Shown one piece after another: positions 14,574 through 29,321 of a stretch of 64,000 nt of DNA. The stretch is taken from the NCBI RefSeq assembly GCF_009914755.1, contig NC_060940.1; one strand, given 5' to 3'. The notes beneath the pieces are model-generated. The model had not been told where the DNA came from. It worked only from the letters and a program-made list of their open reading frames with translations, and ran no database searches. Both the position numbers and the translations under genes were made by a program. How positions within the stretch are numbered: the stretch's first letter is position 1; each line of letters starts with the position of its first letter. This stretch comes from the human T2T-CHM13v2.0 reference genome, Homo sapiens.

Positions 14574-14581
14574 GGTCCCTA

Positions 14582-14795
14582 GAAATGGGAAAAATAGATA
14601 CTGGGGCCTACAAGGGGAGGAGTGTGGGGGATGCAGTTTGAAAAACTACCGGTTGGGTACTGTGCTGACTGTCAGGGTGACGAGTTCAGTTGTACTCCAG
14701 ACCTCAGCAACACACACTATACTCTGCACATGTACACCCAGAATCTAAGAGTTGAAATATAAATATATAGATATAAATAAGTAAATAATAAAAAT
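14582..14795 (+). mobile_element. L1PB-like 3' end with A-rich tail
   Basis: gaaaaactaccggttgggtactgtgct...cagacctcagca...ctgcacatgtacacccagaatctaa. Confidence 0.85.
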
Positions 14796-14814
14796 ATGTC
14801 CCAAACCCTCTCAT

Positions 14815-15050
14815 CATGAAAGTGTACGTACCATTGAGTACTTACCATGTGAGATACTTGATGTGTTTCAACCTATATAATGCGCAGGGCAACCCTATAA
14901 GGTAGGTCCTATTGTTATTCTCATTTTGCAGAGGAGAAAACTGAGGCATCTTTAAATAACCTGCTCAAAGACCCCAGCTAGGAAATGATGGAGCTGGGTT
15001 TTGATCCCAGACAAGGCTGGCTCCAAAGCCTTTACGCTCAGTCCCTGTGA
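14815..15050 (-). mobile_element. MIR SINE
   Basis: attctcattttgcagaggagaaaactgaggc core. Confidence 0.8.
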
Positions 15051-15299
15051 ATCCTGCCGCTCAGTTAAGGACAATTAATCAGTACAATGATTCTTGTATA
15101 TTTTTCTTCCAGTTCCGGCCCAGAAGTAAACATTTCCTCATCAGTTCAATCATAGTGTACACATCATTTTGTTTCCTGTAATTTTACTTAACATTATTTT
15201 ATAAACATTATTTCATGTTGTTAATTATCTTGGTGATATAATGATTAAGTGATGTTCGAGTGTATTATATACATGTAATTTTACTGAACTGGTTACTTA

Positions 15300-15540
15300 G
15301 CCGTTTATTCATTTCATCCCATTTATTCTGCAAATATTTAATAAATACCTCCTATATGCCAGGCAATAGGCTGGGCACTAGGTACATAAAAATAAATTAG
15401 GCATATTCTCTTTTCTAAAGGCATTCACATGTTCACGCGAGACATTGTAACAGATAAAAAAGGGTGATGAGTTCAGTTCTGGAGATGCGCACCAAGTATT
15501 CTATGAAGAAAAGGAGCTCGGGAGGTGCGGGTGGGAGGAT
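15300..15540 (-). mobile_element. L2 3' fragment
   Basis: caaatatttaataaatacctcctatatgccaggc...gggcactagg. Confidence 0.7.
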
Positions 15541-15697
15541 CCCTACCCTACAGTCTCTAAACATCTGGTTCCTTTCAGGGAAGGTGTAGGCAGAGTGAGT
15601 GGAACATTGGCCTCAGCATTCGGGATCCTTGGTAAGGCAAGTCCACTCATGAAGCCATGAGCAGAGGGGGCTCTGCTGTTCCTAGGGCCAGAACAGG

Positions 15698-15847
15698 ACA
15701 GGAGAATCAATTGAACCTGGGAGGCGGAGGTTGCAGTAAGCCAAGATTGTGCCATTGGGTGACAAGAGTGAAATTTCTTGTCAAAAAAAAAAAAAAAAGT
15801 TCCTATAAATGGGAAAAATAGATCCTGGGGACTACAACGGGAGGAGT
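15698..15847 (+). repeat. Dispersed copy of the Alu-tail/L1 junction from 14462-14623
   Basis: Alu right-arm end + poly-A + gttcctataaatgggaaaaatagatcctggggactacaacgggaggagt, versus gtccctagaaatgggaaaaatagatactggggcctacaaggggaggagt at the source. Confidence 0.9.
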
Positions 15848-16239
15848 TTCCTCAGTCAGAACAGCTGAGGTTGTGTGAATTCTCAATGTTTGGTATTTTG
15901 TTCCCAAGAATTTATTGAGTCTGCAGCCTCATGCATTTCCTTCTGTGGGTAATGGACTCTTCTGCCTCTGATCTCCATCACTGTCTTCTGCAAAACTCGA
16001 CCTTGCAAGTCCATTCCTTTTTATCATTCGTGTGTCTTCACACATCTTATGAACTGAAAAATTTCCTTCTCATGTCCCATGTCATGTTCACCTATCTGTA
16101 CTGAGTTAAGACATTTTATTCTTTACCCAGAATCATAATGAACAAAATACTTACAAATATACTTGATTGCAACATTATGTCTTTTTACATATAGAACTCT
16201 TCACAAGGACCTCCTCTGTACATAATTAATTAATTAATG

Positions 16240-16361
16240 TTTTTGGAGACAGGGAATTGCTGTGTTTCCCAGGCTGGTCTCGAACTCCGTTGCTCAAGTG
16301 ATCCTCCCACCTGGGCCTCCCAAAGTGCTGGGATTACAAGTGTGAACCATTGCACCTGGCC
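16240..16361 (-). mobile_element. FLAM/AluJ left monomer
   Basis: Monomeric Alu sequence of about 120 bp. Confidence 0.85.
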
Positions 16362-16404
16362 CCATGTTGTTTAATTTAACATTGTATCTCTACTTTGAAA
16401 AATG

Positions 16405-16670
16405 GTAACTAACATTTGTTGAGAGCCTTCATATACCATATCATGACACTATTCTAAATGCGTTATATGGAGTATCTCATTTAATTTTCATAGGAATCCA
16501 CTAAGATGGCATGATCATTGCTTCTACTTCACAGGTGTAGCAACTGAGGCCCACAGAGATTAAGGGACATGGCCAAGGTCATATGGCTGGAAAACAATAG
16601 AGCTGGCTGTTTTAAACTCATGCAGTTCTGACTTCAGTGCCTGCACACTTGACCATTATGCTATGTCTGC
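16405..16670 (-). mobile_element. MIR SINE (near full length)
   Basis: aactgaggcccacagagattaagggacatggccaaggtcata. Confidence 0.8.
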
Positions 16671-17315
16671 CTCTACTAGGTAATGATATTACAGTTCTTC
16701 TCTATTTGAAGGTTGCTGGGGACCAGTATATACCCCAGGAATAAGCCCCTAGAAACCATACTCTGACTCCTGGTACAGCCCATTAGTGTGGCTGTGCCAT
16801 GCCAAGCATCAAGCCTGCTCTCCTCCCTTGGAAGACTTTGCCTGGTATTCCCACCCACAGGCTGTGACCTGAAGCAACCTGAGGTGCTCTATTGCTTGCC
16901 ACTGGATTCCTTCTTCTTCATAGGTACCATGAGCTCTTACAGATATTGGCCAGCAGCTGGGGCAGACTGACTTTTGACTAGGGAGTAAACAGGAAGATGA
17001 GCATCTGAAAGTTGCTCATCTCAAAGTTTCACTTTGAGTGGTGGTGAGAATTATATCACTGTTCTCTGTTTCTGCTCTCTGCATAGCTTGGTGGCAGGGA
17101 GATAGTCTTGCAACATACCTTTGCCCATTCCTACTTAATGTTTGATGGTCGTGGTGGGCAGTGGAGATGGGAGATATGCCTGGAATATGTTGTAGGGCCC
17201 TGTAGAAGCAGCAGCTCAGTAAAAGCTCCAGTTCTGAGATGAAGTGGCTGGGCAGACACTGGAGGCAGAAATGCCTCCACATCACTTGGATGGGTATATT
17301 TAAAATGTTCTAGAG

Positions 17316-17503
17316 CAGGAGGTCTCAGCACAGGGTACCCAGGCCTGCAGCATCAGCATCACCTGGAACCTGTTAGAAACACAATTTCTTGGGCCCCAGC
17401 CTGGACCTACAGATTGAGGAATTCTGAGGATGGGATCCAGCCCTCTGAGGTGTAAGAAACCCTCCAGGTGATTCTAGTGCAGACATATGTTTGAGAACCA
17501 CTG
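17316..17503. mobile_element. MER5A hAT-Charlie MITE
   Basis: gcagcatcagcatcacctgg...ccctccaggtgattct...tttgagaaccactg; TTCTAGAG target on the left. Confidence 0.85.
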
Positions 17504-17504
17504 A

Positions 17505-17836
<332 letters not shown>

Positions 17837-18629
17837 TAATTCTTATTTTAAATTCAGAAATCCAAAATATTTTGCTTTTTATTTTATAAATCATGCAATG
17901 TTCTAGAAAAATTAGGATCTGCGAAAAGAATTTTTTACAAAATTGTCCGCCAGTCTTATTTCTTAGAGGAAGGTATTCACAATTAGGTTTTTGGTATGTT
18001 TCTCTCTAGACCATTTCCTATTCAAATCATAATAAGGTTATCACTAGTTTGCCTTAATTTCAATGAGTTGATCTGAGAATCACCTCCTGGACTCAAGTGA
18101 GAAGAGAAGGAAGAGGGCAACGGTGAGGTACCTGCCTGGTGGTGGAGCTGGAACCTCTGGGAGAGGAGGGTGGAGTTTGTGACTCTGAGAGTTCCTGTGC
18201 CAGCTGTGGGCTTGTGGGTGGGAGAGGAATTGGATAGAGCCCTGGAGTCAGGAGGTGCTTGCAAAGCTGCCTTAAAGGCAGTGACCTCAGAAGCTCTAAT
18301 CTGCCTGTGACTATGTTACCCTCTCTATCATTCTCATTAGATGGGATAAGACTAATGTCAGCTCAGAAATCATCCCAATGATCAAAATATGTGAAGGGTT
18401 GTCATGGGGGAGAGGGATTATTCTCTCAGTGATCACAGGAGAAGTGGGAGGCTCTTTCAGGGGAGGGAAGGGAGAGGGAAGGATGCTGGCTGGGGCAGAT
18501 TTTAACTCAGGGCCAGAAAGAGTCCTTGCAATCAGAATGAACTGATGATGGAAGGACTGCGGGCGGAAGCGGATGGAGCCCCTGGCCTGAGACTTGTTCT
18601 TCCTGAGGATGAGTTGCAGATGGACATCA

Positions 18630-18950
18630 TGCCAGCAAATGTGGCTGCAGGTGTGCTCTGTATGGCCAACACAGTGCGACATTTAAATCTGGAAATTTCA
18701 CCTAAAATCCGGATGTCTGGTGTCTCTGGACGATCAGGACCTCTGGAAACCCAACTGTCATCTTTCCATGAGGCAATGCACCATGAGGGTTGAGCCGTGG
18801 TCGCCCCTTAGATGAGGCACGTGCACTCCAATTTGCTGCCCCCATCATTTGCTCTTATTTCTGTGATGCTGACACTGAGTGACAGGTGCCAATGATCATT
18901 TCCTGTGTGTTTCTATTTTCCTGCATTCAGCCTCCTTCATGTATCCGTAT
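18630..18950 (-). mobile_element. MER102-like hAT-Charlie element
   Basis: ggaaatttcacctaaaatccggat...gccccttagatgaggcacgtgcactccaatttgc. Confidence 0.55.
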
Positions 18951-19130
18951 CAATAAGTAGCACAATGTAGTATTTAAGAGAATGGGTTCTAGATCCAGTT
19001 TGTCTGGGTTCACAGGCTGTCTCTGTCCCTTACAGGCTGTGTGACATTGGACTAATTAGTTAATCTCTCGCACATTGTATTTCTTCAACTTTAAAATTCA
19101 TAAAATAAGCTTGCCAGGAGGAGGAGTTGA

Positions 19131-19560
<430 letters not shown>

Positions 19561-20905
19561 TAATAGATTACATTATATCCCTTCTGTGTGAATGTTTGAG
19601 TTACTGACTACTGATTTAGTGTCCTTTAGTGTTTCTCTTTTGCTCTCATACTGTGGGCCCAGTGTTTTTGGAGCAAAACATGGGGCAGTTCCCTGGCTGG
19701 AATAGACATTTTATTCCTTGAGACAGACAGTTTTCTCAGATCCTGGCCACGTTGAGGATTTCAGCTTAACTGATTCAAGAATAGTGCTATCCAGCGCTGC
19801 TGGTGGCGGTCCTAGCAATCCGCTTGTACAGAGCTCGTGGGGGTGGAGGCACAGTCTGAAGTGTGCGTATAAAAGTTCATTGCGAAACAGTCAGTGAACA
19901 TCACGGCATTGTGGTTAACTGGGCTGTAGACCTTTACTCAATTCCAGCTGCTCTTTGTCTGAGATATGGCCTGGGACAACTCTCTTAGCATCTCTGAGAG
20001 TCAGTTTTTTCATGAGTAAAATGAAGGCACTGGTACCTTACGGGCTCATGTCAGTGTTGAATAAGGTGCATGCATGTAGGAGGCTGGCATACTGCAGATG
20101 TGGCAGTTTTGTGCCCCTTTTCCTGTTTCCTAAGGGAAAATGAAGGGCCGCCCATGGCATGAACTTGGACTTGAGTTTGTCCTCTTCTGATAAGGAGCAG
20201 ATGGTCCCCATTTCAGATCATCCAGGAGCCTGGGAAGATGAGCTGGTTATTCAGTGTGAGCTCTGTTATGGTCATGTGCCCTGAGTTCAGACAGCAGTCT
20301 GGGGCTTTCCCAGGTACAAAGCTTTGTCTCCAATCCTGGCCCCAAACACGAATGCTGCTCCTAGTGCCTAGAGCAGTGGCTGGCACAGTCAGTAATTGTG
20401 GACTAAATGAATGCATGGGGAAATAAATGGATAGTACTGTTAGTGTCAGCAGTAGACAGGACAAAACACCCTAATTCTAAATGTGAGCACAACTCCCTTC
20501 TCCAATCATTTATACAGCAGGTGCGAATGCAAGGACAGGCCAAGAAACGGCCTTTGGAGTCTAAAGCGATGAATTCTGCAGTTTGCACTCTGTGTGAATT
20601 GCATGGGCTGCATTACCTGTCCAAGCCTGACTTTGTTTTGCAAGATGGAAATGGGACAACCAAACTGTTGTGGGGATTAAACGTGATTTTAGGACAAGAC
20701 CTTGAACATAATAAGTGCTCAATAAATATTGGTTTCCTTTGCCCCTCCATTATTTTAAAGTGAAAGGAGAGTTGTGGCCTATGAATAATCATTTTTATAC
20801 ATGAATTAGTAAAGAACTCATGGTTAAATATATCCCTGTGATAATCCTCATAAACTTATTTCATTCAATCATTCACTCATTCATCCATTATTTTTTCTCT
20901 CTCTC

Positions 20906-21154
20906 TTTTTTTTTCAGGGTCTAGCTCTGTTGCCCAGGCTGGTATGCAGTGATGTGATTATAACTCACTGTAGCCTCAACCCCCTGGACTCAGGCAATCC
21001 CCTTGTCTTAACCTCCTAGTTGCTAGGGCTATGGGAACATGCCACCATGCCTGGCTAAGTTTTTAATTTAAAAATATTTTTGGTAGAGATGGACACTTGC
21101 TTGTTGTCTAGGTTGGTCTCGAACTCCTGGCCTCAAGTGATCCTCCTGCCTTCA
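20906..21154 (-). mobile_element. AluJ (5'-truncated)
   Basis: Diverged Alu, cactgtagcctcaac...ctcctggcctcaagtgatcctcc. Confidence 0.85.
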
Positions 21155-21216
21155 CCCATTTTTTTCTTTCATTTATTCATTCATTCATTCCTTTCACAGG
21201 GGCACCCTTTACATGA

Positions 21217-21533
<317 letters not shown>

Positions 21534-22026
21534 ACAAGCATCCTTTCTATGACAAACAATCCCTCTTTGAGGTGCTGGAGATATGAAAATAAATAATACC
21601 AACATTTGTTACTTGAGGACTTTACATTCTTTTGAGCCATAAAGAAAACAGTCACCTGCAACATAACTTGATAAGGTGATGTATCTGATGGAAGCCTGCT
21701 TCAACCTTGCAGCTGGCACATAATTGCATCATTTCTCAACTCATGCAATCTGTTTTTCACTCACTGTTTATCCTCCTCCCACCCAAACATCGACTTCAGC
21801 AAGACAACAGACATTCTTGCAGAGGCTACTTTTTAGTAAAATGCTCTGTCTGGGGCTGATGGTTCAACTGGTGAGATTAATAGTGAGCTCACCATGTTTC
21901 TTGGCTCCCTCAGGGCTCAGCAATAGACCCCTTCAGTGAGGGAAGAGAGAAAACTATTCATTCATCAACCTTTCCATCCATCCTTTGTTATTATTGTAGC
22001 ATTAATAGTCAAGAGTACAGATTCTG

Positions 22027-22388
<362 letters not shown>

Positions 22389-22467
22389 TTACTAGCTAGC
22401 TACAGGACTTTTCATGAAATTCCTGAGCTGGGCCTTGGTTCCTAGTCTACAAAATGAGGTGGTAAGA

Positions 22468-22668
22468 GTGGTTGTATTAGCTATTGTTGCTCTATAACAG
22501 GTGGCTTTATTAGTTAACTATTGTTTTGTAACAGGTGGTTGTAGTAGCTATTATTGCTGTTTAACGGGTGGCTGTATTAGCTAGCTATTGCTCTGTAACA
22601 GGCGGTTGTATGGGCTAGCTATTGCCGCATAACAGGTGGTTGTATTACACAGCTACTGCTGTGTAACA
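22468..22668. repeat. Minisatellite of six 33-34-bp units derived from an LTR end plus its TSD
   Basis: Units start at 22468, 22501, 22535, 22568, 22602 and 22636; consensus gtggYtgtattagctagctattgctctgtaacag. Confidence 0.9.
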
Positions 22669-23198
22669 AATTACCCCAAAACTTGGTGGGTTGAAAGAAC
22701 AACATTTATTATCACACAGTTTCTGTGGGTCAGGAAGCCAGGCACTACTTGTAGGCCTCCCTTAAGGCTGCATTCAAGGTGCTAACCAGTGCAGTTATTT
22801 TAGAGCTTGAAGCAGAGCAGCTTCCAAGCTCACTCAAGAGGGTGTTGTCAAGATTCCCTTCCTTGTGGGTTGTTGGACTAAGGGTCTCAGTTACTCCCAA
22901 GCTGTTGGCTGGAGACTTTACCTGGTGTCTTTCCACATGAATATCTGCATAGGGCAGCTCCCAACATGTCAGCTTGATTCATCAGAGCAAGTGAGAGGAC
23001 TTGAGAGAGCGCCAGAAAGACAGAAGGCCCAGGCTTTTGTTACCTAATCTTGGGGATGACATCCCATCATTTTTGCATATTCTATTTATTAGAAGGAAGT
23101 CTTTAGGTCCAGCCCACACTCAAGAAGAGGGGATTATGCAGGGTGTGAATGCGAAGAGGGAGGGGGATCCTTAGGAGCCATCAGTGCTGCCAGCCACA
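22641..23198 (-). mobile_element. MLT1F-like MaLR solo LTR inserted in a MIR
   Basis: tgtatta...gtaacaaattaccccaaaactt start; aggtccagcccacactcaag...gccaca end; TSD gtggt/gtggc. Confidence 0.8.
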
Positions 23199-23309
23199 GT
23201 GGCTGTGAGGATCAAATGAGTTCTGTATGGAATGCATTTAGAAGAGTGTCAGGAACATAGTTTGCACTCAATAACTCTATTAGCTATTATTATTACTACT
23301 ACTCTGATT

Positions 23310-23750
23310 ATTATTTATGCCATTTTTCCCAGCAAATATTTATTGAGTTTCCTACTGGATCAAATACACCCTTCTCATTGCTGTTGGGGATTATTAGAGG
23401 AATGACTGGGAACAGGTGAATTATAAATGGGTTCTTCCTCAAAGAGCTCCCTATGCACTGGGGGATGGATGTTTGTTTAAAAAATAGAGACCACAGAGTT
23501 GGAAATGATTGTTGTGCTGTCGGGGGAAGGCAGAGATGCAGAGCTCTAAGGTCCTGGATGTGCACAGGGATTAGCAATTGTTCAACTGGGCTGGAAAGCA
23601 GGACACTTGAAGGTTGGAAAATTAGGTTAGTGCCAGATTGTGACAGGAGTTTGGAGTTCATCTCCTATGAAGTGGGAAGCCAGGAAGGATTTTTATGATG
23701 AGAAATGCCGTAGGCATAGATGTATGACATAGAAGAAAGGGGACAAGATG
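23310..23750 (-). mobile_element. L2 fragment
   Basis: cagcaaatatttattgagtttcctact start followed by degenerate L2 body. Confidence 0.6.
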
Positions 23751-25469
23751 GGAGGCTCTAAAGCCACATATTAAAGCTCAGAAAAGAAGACATCTTTCCT
23801 GCTCATAACAATGTGGCAGAAGAAAATCCAGTGTGAGAAACCCAACCGTTTCTCCTTCAAGACCCTTCTCCAAGATGTGCCCATGAAGAGTTCACTATTC
23901 TTTCCTTCCCAGTCTGTTTCTTTGCCACTGGAAAATAATCACAAGAACTCGGAGCTAATGTTAATAAGCCCTATCCTAGCACTTAGTTCTGTGACCTTGG
24001 GCGTGTGGTTTAACCTTTTGCATCTCAATTTCCTCATCTGAAAACGAAATGATTTTTTCCGACCTTGAATACTTTGACAATTACACACATGTGCCCACAC
24101 CCCCACACAAATGCTGCTATTAATTCGGGACTTTTAAAGAACTTAACAGTTTTATGAGCTTTTCTTACCCCTATTGTATAGGTGAGGAAACTGAGACTCA
24201 GGTTATTTGACTTGCTAATAATTGGCAGAGTGCAACCCCAAGCTATTTGACTTTATAGTCCGTGTGCCTAAACACTCTGCTATAGTGTCCAATGTCTAAA
24301 TACTTAATAAATGGCCCCTCTCCCTCTGCAAACAAGCTATCAGAGTAAAATAAATGTCTGTACGTCTGCATGAGAATTATACATACAAGACACATGCTCG
24401 TAAGCAGGGGCAGGTCACACTTAGCCCAGCTTCCTGCCCAACTCTTACCAGAGACAAGGCTCTTACATACGCTTCTTACACGATTGAAAGAATTTCAGAT
24501 TTATACATTATCCCTAGTTCTTCATAATCTGCCAGCCTCTCTTTCTGAGAACTCACCTTTACATTTCTCTTAGCTGTATTTATCTAATATGCTTTTATCA
24601 GCTATCAAGCCATTTGTAACTCTTTTATCCAACACTAGATTTTGCAAATCATCAGAAAGCCCTCCATAGTCTCCAGGATCATTTGTCTCTGAAGCTATTT
24701 TTAACGTCCCCTCTGTGACATCTTAGATAGTATTATGGGACATGGAGGTGCTAAGCCGCTTAGCCATTTTTCAACACCATATCCTGGGAAGACCTCTGTT
24801 TTGAAAATTGTGTTGAAATTGAGGCTTAAAAACTAAATGATGCAAATTCCCCCAAAGAGGTCCTTTAATCTGGATTTGAGGATGGTAAACATGTCCTGGT
24901 TGAGAAGCCAGCAAAGGAAGACACTAGATCCTTAAAGCTCATGACAACAAAGAAACTCTCCCCTTTAGAGGGTGCTTGAGTGCCTTTGAACACAATATTC
25001 CAGAAGCATAGCATGGAATGTATCCTCCAAGGGTAGGAAATAACAGGAGTTATCTGTGAGACCAAGCATGATAAGCAATTTTAATTTTCTTTGTATATTT
25101 TTCTTTATTTTCTGAATTTTCTATAATGAAAGTATCATTTTTATAAGAACGCATATTTAGAAAAACATGTCATTTTAAGAAATGACACACTTCTGGTTCT
25201 TAAATAACTCATAATAGGAGAGCATTGACATATTCCAAATTACAGAATGACATGAAAGTGCCATAATATTTGGACTTAGTGTATGCAAGCCAGACACTTA
25301 TTTTCTTTTGCTCTTCCAAAACTTTCTCTAATGCTGACTTCCCCATCTCAGTAAATAGCTAATCCAGTCATCCAGTTGCTCTGGTTAAATTCCTTAAAAT
25401 CATCTTCCACTTCTGCTCTTACCATTTACATCCAGTGATACATCAGCAATCCTGATATTTTGAAAAATA

Positions 25470-25965
25470 TCACCCTGGAATACTACAAAGCTGTAAAAAA
25501 GAATGAAATCTTATCCTATGCAGTGATATGGATGCAGCTGGAGGCCACGATCCCATGCAAATTCATGCAGAAACAGAAGATCAAATACAGCATGTTCTTA
25601 CTTACAAGCAGGAGCTAAACATTGGGTATACATGGACACAAAGAAGGGAACAATGGACACTGGAGCCTATTAGAGGGGGAAGGGAGGGAGGGAGGGGGTT
25701 AAGGATGGAAAAATTACTTATTGGGTACCATACTGACTACCTGGGTAGCAGGATCACTCATACCCCAGACCTCAGTGTCACACAATATACCCATATATTC
25801 GGCATATTGGTAAGTTTGGGAAGAGCAAAAGAAAATAAGTGTCTGGCATGGCTACATTAAGTCCAAACATTATGGCACTTTCATGTCATTCTGTAATTTG
25901 AAAAACCTGCACATTTATGCCACAAATCTAAAGGAAAGGTTGAAATTAAAAAAAGAAAAGAAAAA
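25470..25965 (+). mobile_element. L1PB-like 3' end carrying a foreign ~100-bp insert
   Basis: ggaatactacaaagctgtaaaaaagaatgaaatc...cacaatatacccata[insert]aaacctgcacat...A tail. Confidence 0.85.
25812..25900 (-). repeat. Inverted copy of 25236-25324
   Basis: Reverse complement aligns without gaps to 25236-25324 with 83/89 identities (manual count). Confidence 0.95.
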
Positions 25966-26689
25966 TATCCAGATGACGTCTTTCCATCATAACCTCACTG
26001 GTCTGAGCCAGCATCATTTCTTGCCTAGAATATTGCAGTTGCCTCTTCATTGGTCATCTTGCCCCTCCTCCAATTCACTCTTCTCATGGGAAGAGAAATC
26101 CTCTTAAAATGTTAAGTCCAAGCATGCCACTTCTCTGTCAAATCTCTTCAAGAGCTTCTCATCTCCCTCAGAATAAAATTCACACATTAAGTATTCTTCA
26201 AAAGTGTGATTCTTGCAAATGGCTACAGTGGCTAAATTGCATGATACGCCATAATTTATTTAATTATTTACCAATTGTTGGACCCCCCTGTTCCCATTTA
26301 TTAATAGTACGCTGGGATGCACAGAAACATGGGTCCCTCTCTGCATCTCAGATGATTTATCTAAGATGGATCCTTAGAGGTACAATTAATGTTATTTTAG
26401 GAAGGAAATAAGTTGAATAATGTTGCCAGCTTAATTTCTTCAAAGTTTGTCCCGGTTCACAGTTCCACCAAATATTTCTGAGAGTATATGTAAAACTGTA
26501 CCCTCAACAGCAATGAATTTTAAACATTTGTCCAGTATTAATTAGGTTAAAAACATGATCCCGTATATGACTTTTTAATTTGAATTTCTTTTATTACGAG
26601 TGTCTCATATTCCTTGCTTTAAAATTCTCATTGGTCATTCATGGGTTGTTGGTTGTTATCTGCTCATATTTCTCCAGGGATGTCAGTTT

Positions 26690-26872
<183 letters not shown>

Positions 26873-27117
26873 CCCCATCATGGAATCTTCAGAAGATCTT
26901 TGATGCTTCCTGCAAACACGTTTGTGGAAGGCGTGGTTGGTGTATGGCGGTGGGGGTTTTATTTAGGCATGCAATGTCTGGAATAGAGTGACAGCTTCTA
27001 TCCACAGCTCTGCTGCATACCAGCTGGGTAAACTAGGCCACAGAGGGCACTGTCTAAAGTTTTGCTTCCATACCAGTAAAATGAGTCTGGGAACAGTACC
27101 TACTTATCTTCTGGAGT

Positions 27118-27425
27118 CAGAATTGGCAAAATCTTTTTGTAAATGACCAGAGATAATACATATTATTGGCTTTGACGGCTACACAGCTACCATTCCAACA
27201 ACTCAACTCTGCTCCGGCAGTGCAAGAGGAGTGGTAGACGGCATGTAAATGAGGGGGTGTAGCTGTGTTTCAAGAAACTATTCTCTGAAATGTAAATTGC
27301 ATGTAATTTTCACATGTCGCAAAATATTTGTGTTTTACAAAATGTTTAAACTATTTAATAATGTAAAAACCACCCTGAGTCCACAGGTAGGATTTGGCCC
27401 ATGGGCTACAGTTTGTGGACCCCTC
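27118..27425 (-). mobile_element. MER58B-like MITE within a MIR
   Basis: acaactcaactctgc...catgtaattttcacatgtcgcaaaata...ggcccatgggctacagtttg. Confidence 0.75.
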
Positions 27426-28682
27426 ACCCAATGTCTTTCTTGGGTTGAAATGAGAAGATATTTGTAAGTAAGTTGACTGTTATGTGGCACAGACTAAGTG
27501 CTTAGCATATGTCATTATTGTTCTTATTATATTATTATAATTTTTAAATATATTACCAGAGTTGTCATTTTTAAAATGAGGACTAATTCTCGCTTTGCAT
27601 GCTCGCTGGAGCATGACTTGAATGATGTAATTTGTGTGGACATCCTCGGTCCATCACAGGCATTTAATGCTTTTGCTTCCCTTGCCTTGTGTAAATGGGG
27701 ATAATAGGCCTCATATCTCATTCTTCCCACCTTCATTCTCTGCTCCAGTTGCACTGAAACCCTTTTAGTTCTCTGAGCACATCATGCCCTCTTTTCCCTC
27801 TAAATTCTCATCACACCTATGTCTTAATTCTTTAAACATGTCCCGATCTGTTTCCTATCAATGCTGAAACAGTGAATAATACAGACCCCTAGGACCTCAA
27901 AGGTCTGTACACATCTATCATTGTAATATCCAATCCAAAGTTTCTTTTTAAGTGGTTTCCCCCATAGAATCACATCCAAGTTTTCTGAACTTGCCCTTGA
28001 ATGATTTTGAAAACCCCGTTCCCAAACATAACACTATTAACACTACAGCAAGTTGGTGGTTTCTTTGGAATTCAAATCCCCAGTCCCAAGATACTTGGCC
28101 TATAAAAGGAAAGTGGAAGGACATTGTTTATTCTTTAATTAAAGCCGTAGCAACCACAGCTGTTGACAGCCTGATTTAAGCTCCTGTGTGGGGACGAAGT
28201 GGAACACCAAGCACTTCTGAGTGGGTGCCCTGCTGTGTCCAGTACTGTCAGGTACAGATTGCCGCCCCCTGCCTAGAGCCCTCAGCTGGAGATCTTTCTT
28301 GGAGATGGGCAAGTTGTAATGGAAAAAAAGAAATCAAGGCTTTTGGAGAGAGGCTGACCCAAGTGTGCCATCGGCCCTAACCTCAAGCAAGTATCATCAC
28401 ATTTTTGAATCTCTATTTCTTCATCTGCAAAATGGAGATAAAAATGTCTACCATGCAGGAACGTGGTAGAGGAGAACAATGCTACCTTCAACGTTTTTGA
28501 CACAAAATGGGTACTAAGCCTGGTAGCTACTAACTGTACTGTTTCAGCCAAAGATGTTTTTGCATTAAAGATGGGAGTGTGGGTTGCCATATAATATGCA
28601 GTGACCTAGGACAGTGACACATGGTTCTCCCAGTCTCAGAAATCCCAGCCATTAGAAGAAAGAATGGTGTCATTTTCTAGAG

Positions 28683-28899
28683 CAAGGGCCAGCAAACTTA
28701 CTTTCTGTAAAGGATCCAAGAGTAAACATTTTAGTCTTGGCAGGCCCTACAGTCTCTGTTGTAACTACTCAGCTCTGTCCTTGAAGTGGAAAATAGCCAT
28801 AGACAACACCAAATGTGCATGTCTGTGTTACAATAAAACTGTATGACAAAGACAGATGGTGACTGGATTTGGCCAGGGGCCATAGCTCACCAACCTCTG
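28683..28899 (-). mobile_element. MER58A hAT-Charlie MITE
   Basis: Flanked by TTCTAGAG (28675-28682) and GTCTAGAC (28900-28907), the NTCTAGAN hAT target. Confidence 0.85.
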
Positions 28900-29321
28900 G
28901 TCTAGACCATGTGGCATGTGGAATAGTAACCAAAGTCCAGAACCCAGTGTGAATAGAACACTGTCTACATCTCTTGTGCTTTGTTGGCCAAGTAGGTGAT
29001 CTGGAGCAAGTCAAACCTCAATTTTCTCATCTGAAAATCAGCATAAAAGTTACCGTCTTCTTTATGAACACTCAGCCAAAATTCAGATTGACACAGCCAC
29101 CAAGTCACAGCATTCTTTTTATGGCTTGCATGGCTGACTTCCTATCGATCAGAAACAGAAAATGCAGAGAAAGGCAGAAAAACCATAGCAAGGCTCAGGC
29201 AAGGTGAGGAGGAAGCCCTGAATGAGAGAAGCTATTACCTGAAGACATAACTAGCCACGGGGACAGTGATGACGTGGGAGCTACAACTTGACCAAATGCC
29301 ATCTTTGACTTGTTCTTTCTC

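Noticed and set aside
15095-15132. Polypyrimidine tract + AG followed 13 nt later by GTAAAC (possible microexon)
   Set aside because: Weak donor, not frame-preserving, and no other exons or host gene are evident.
22468-22668. Regularly spaced ~33-bp repeats resembling a CRISPR array
   Set aside because: No unique spacers, eukaryotic context, and the units derive from an LTR end.
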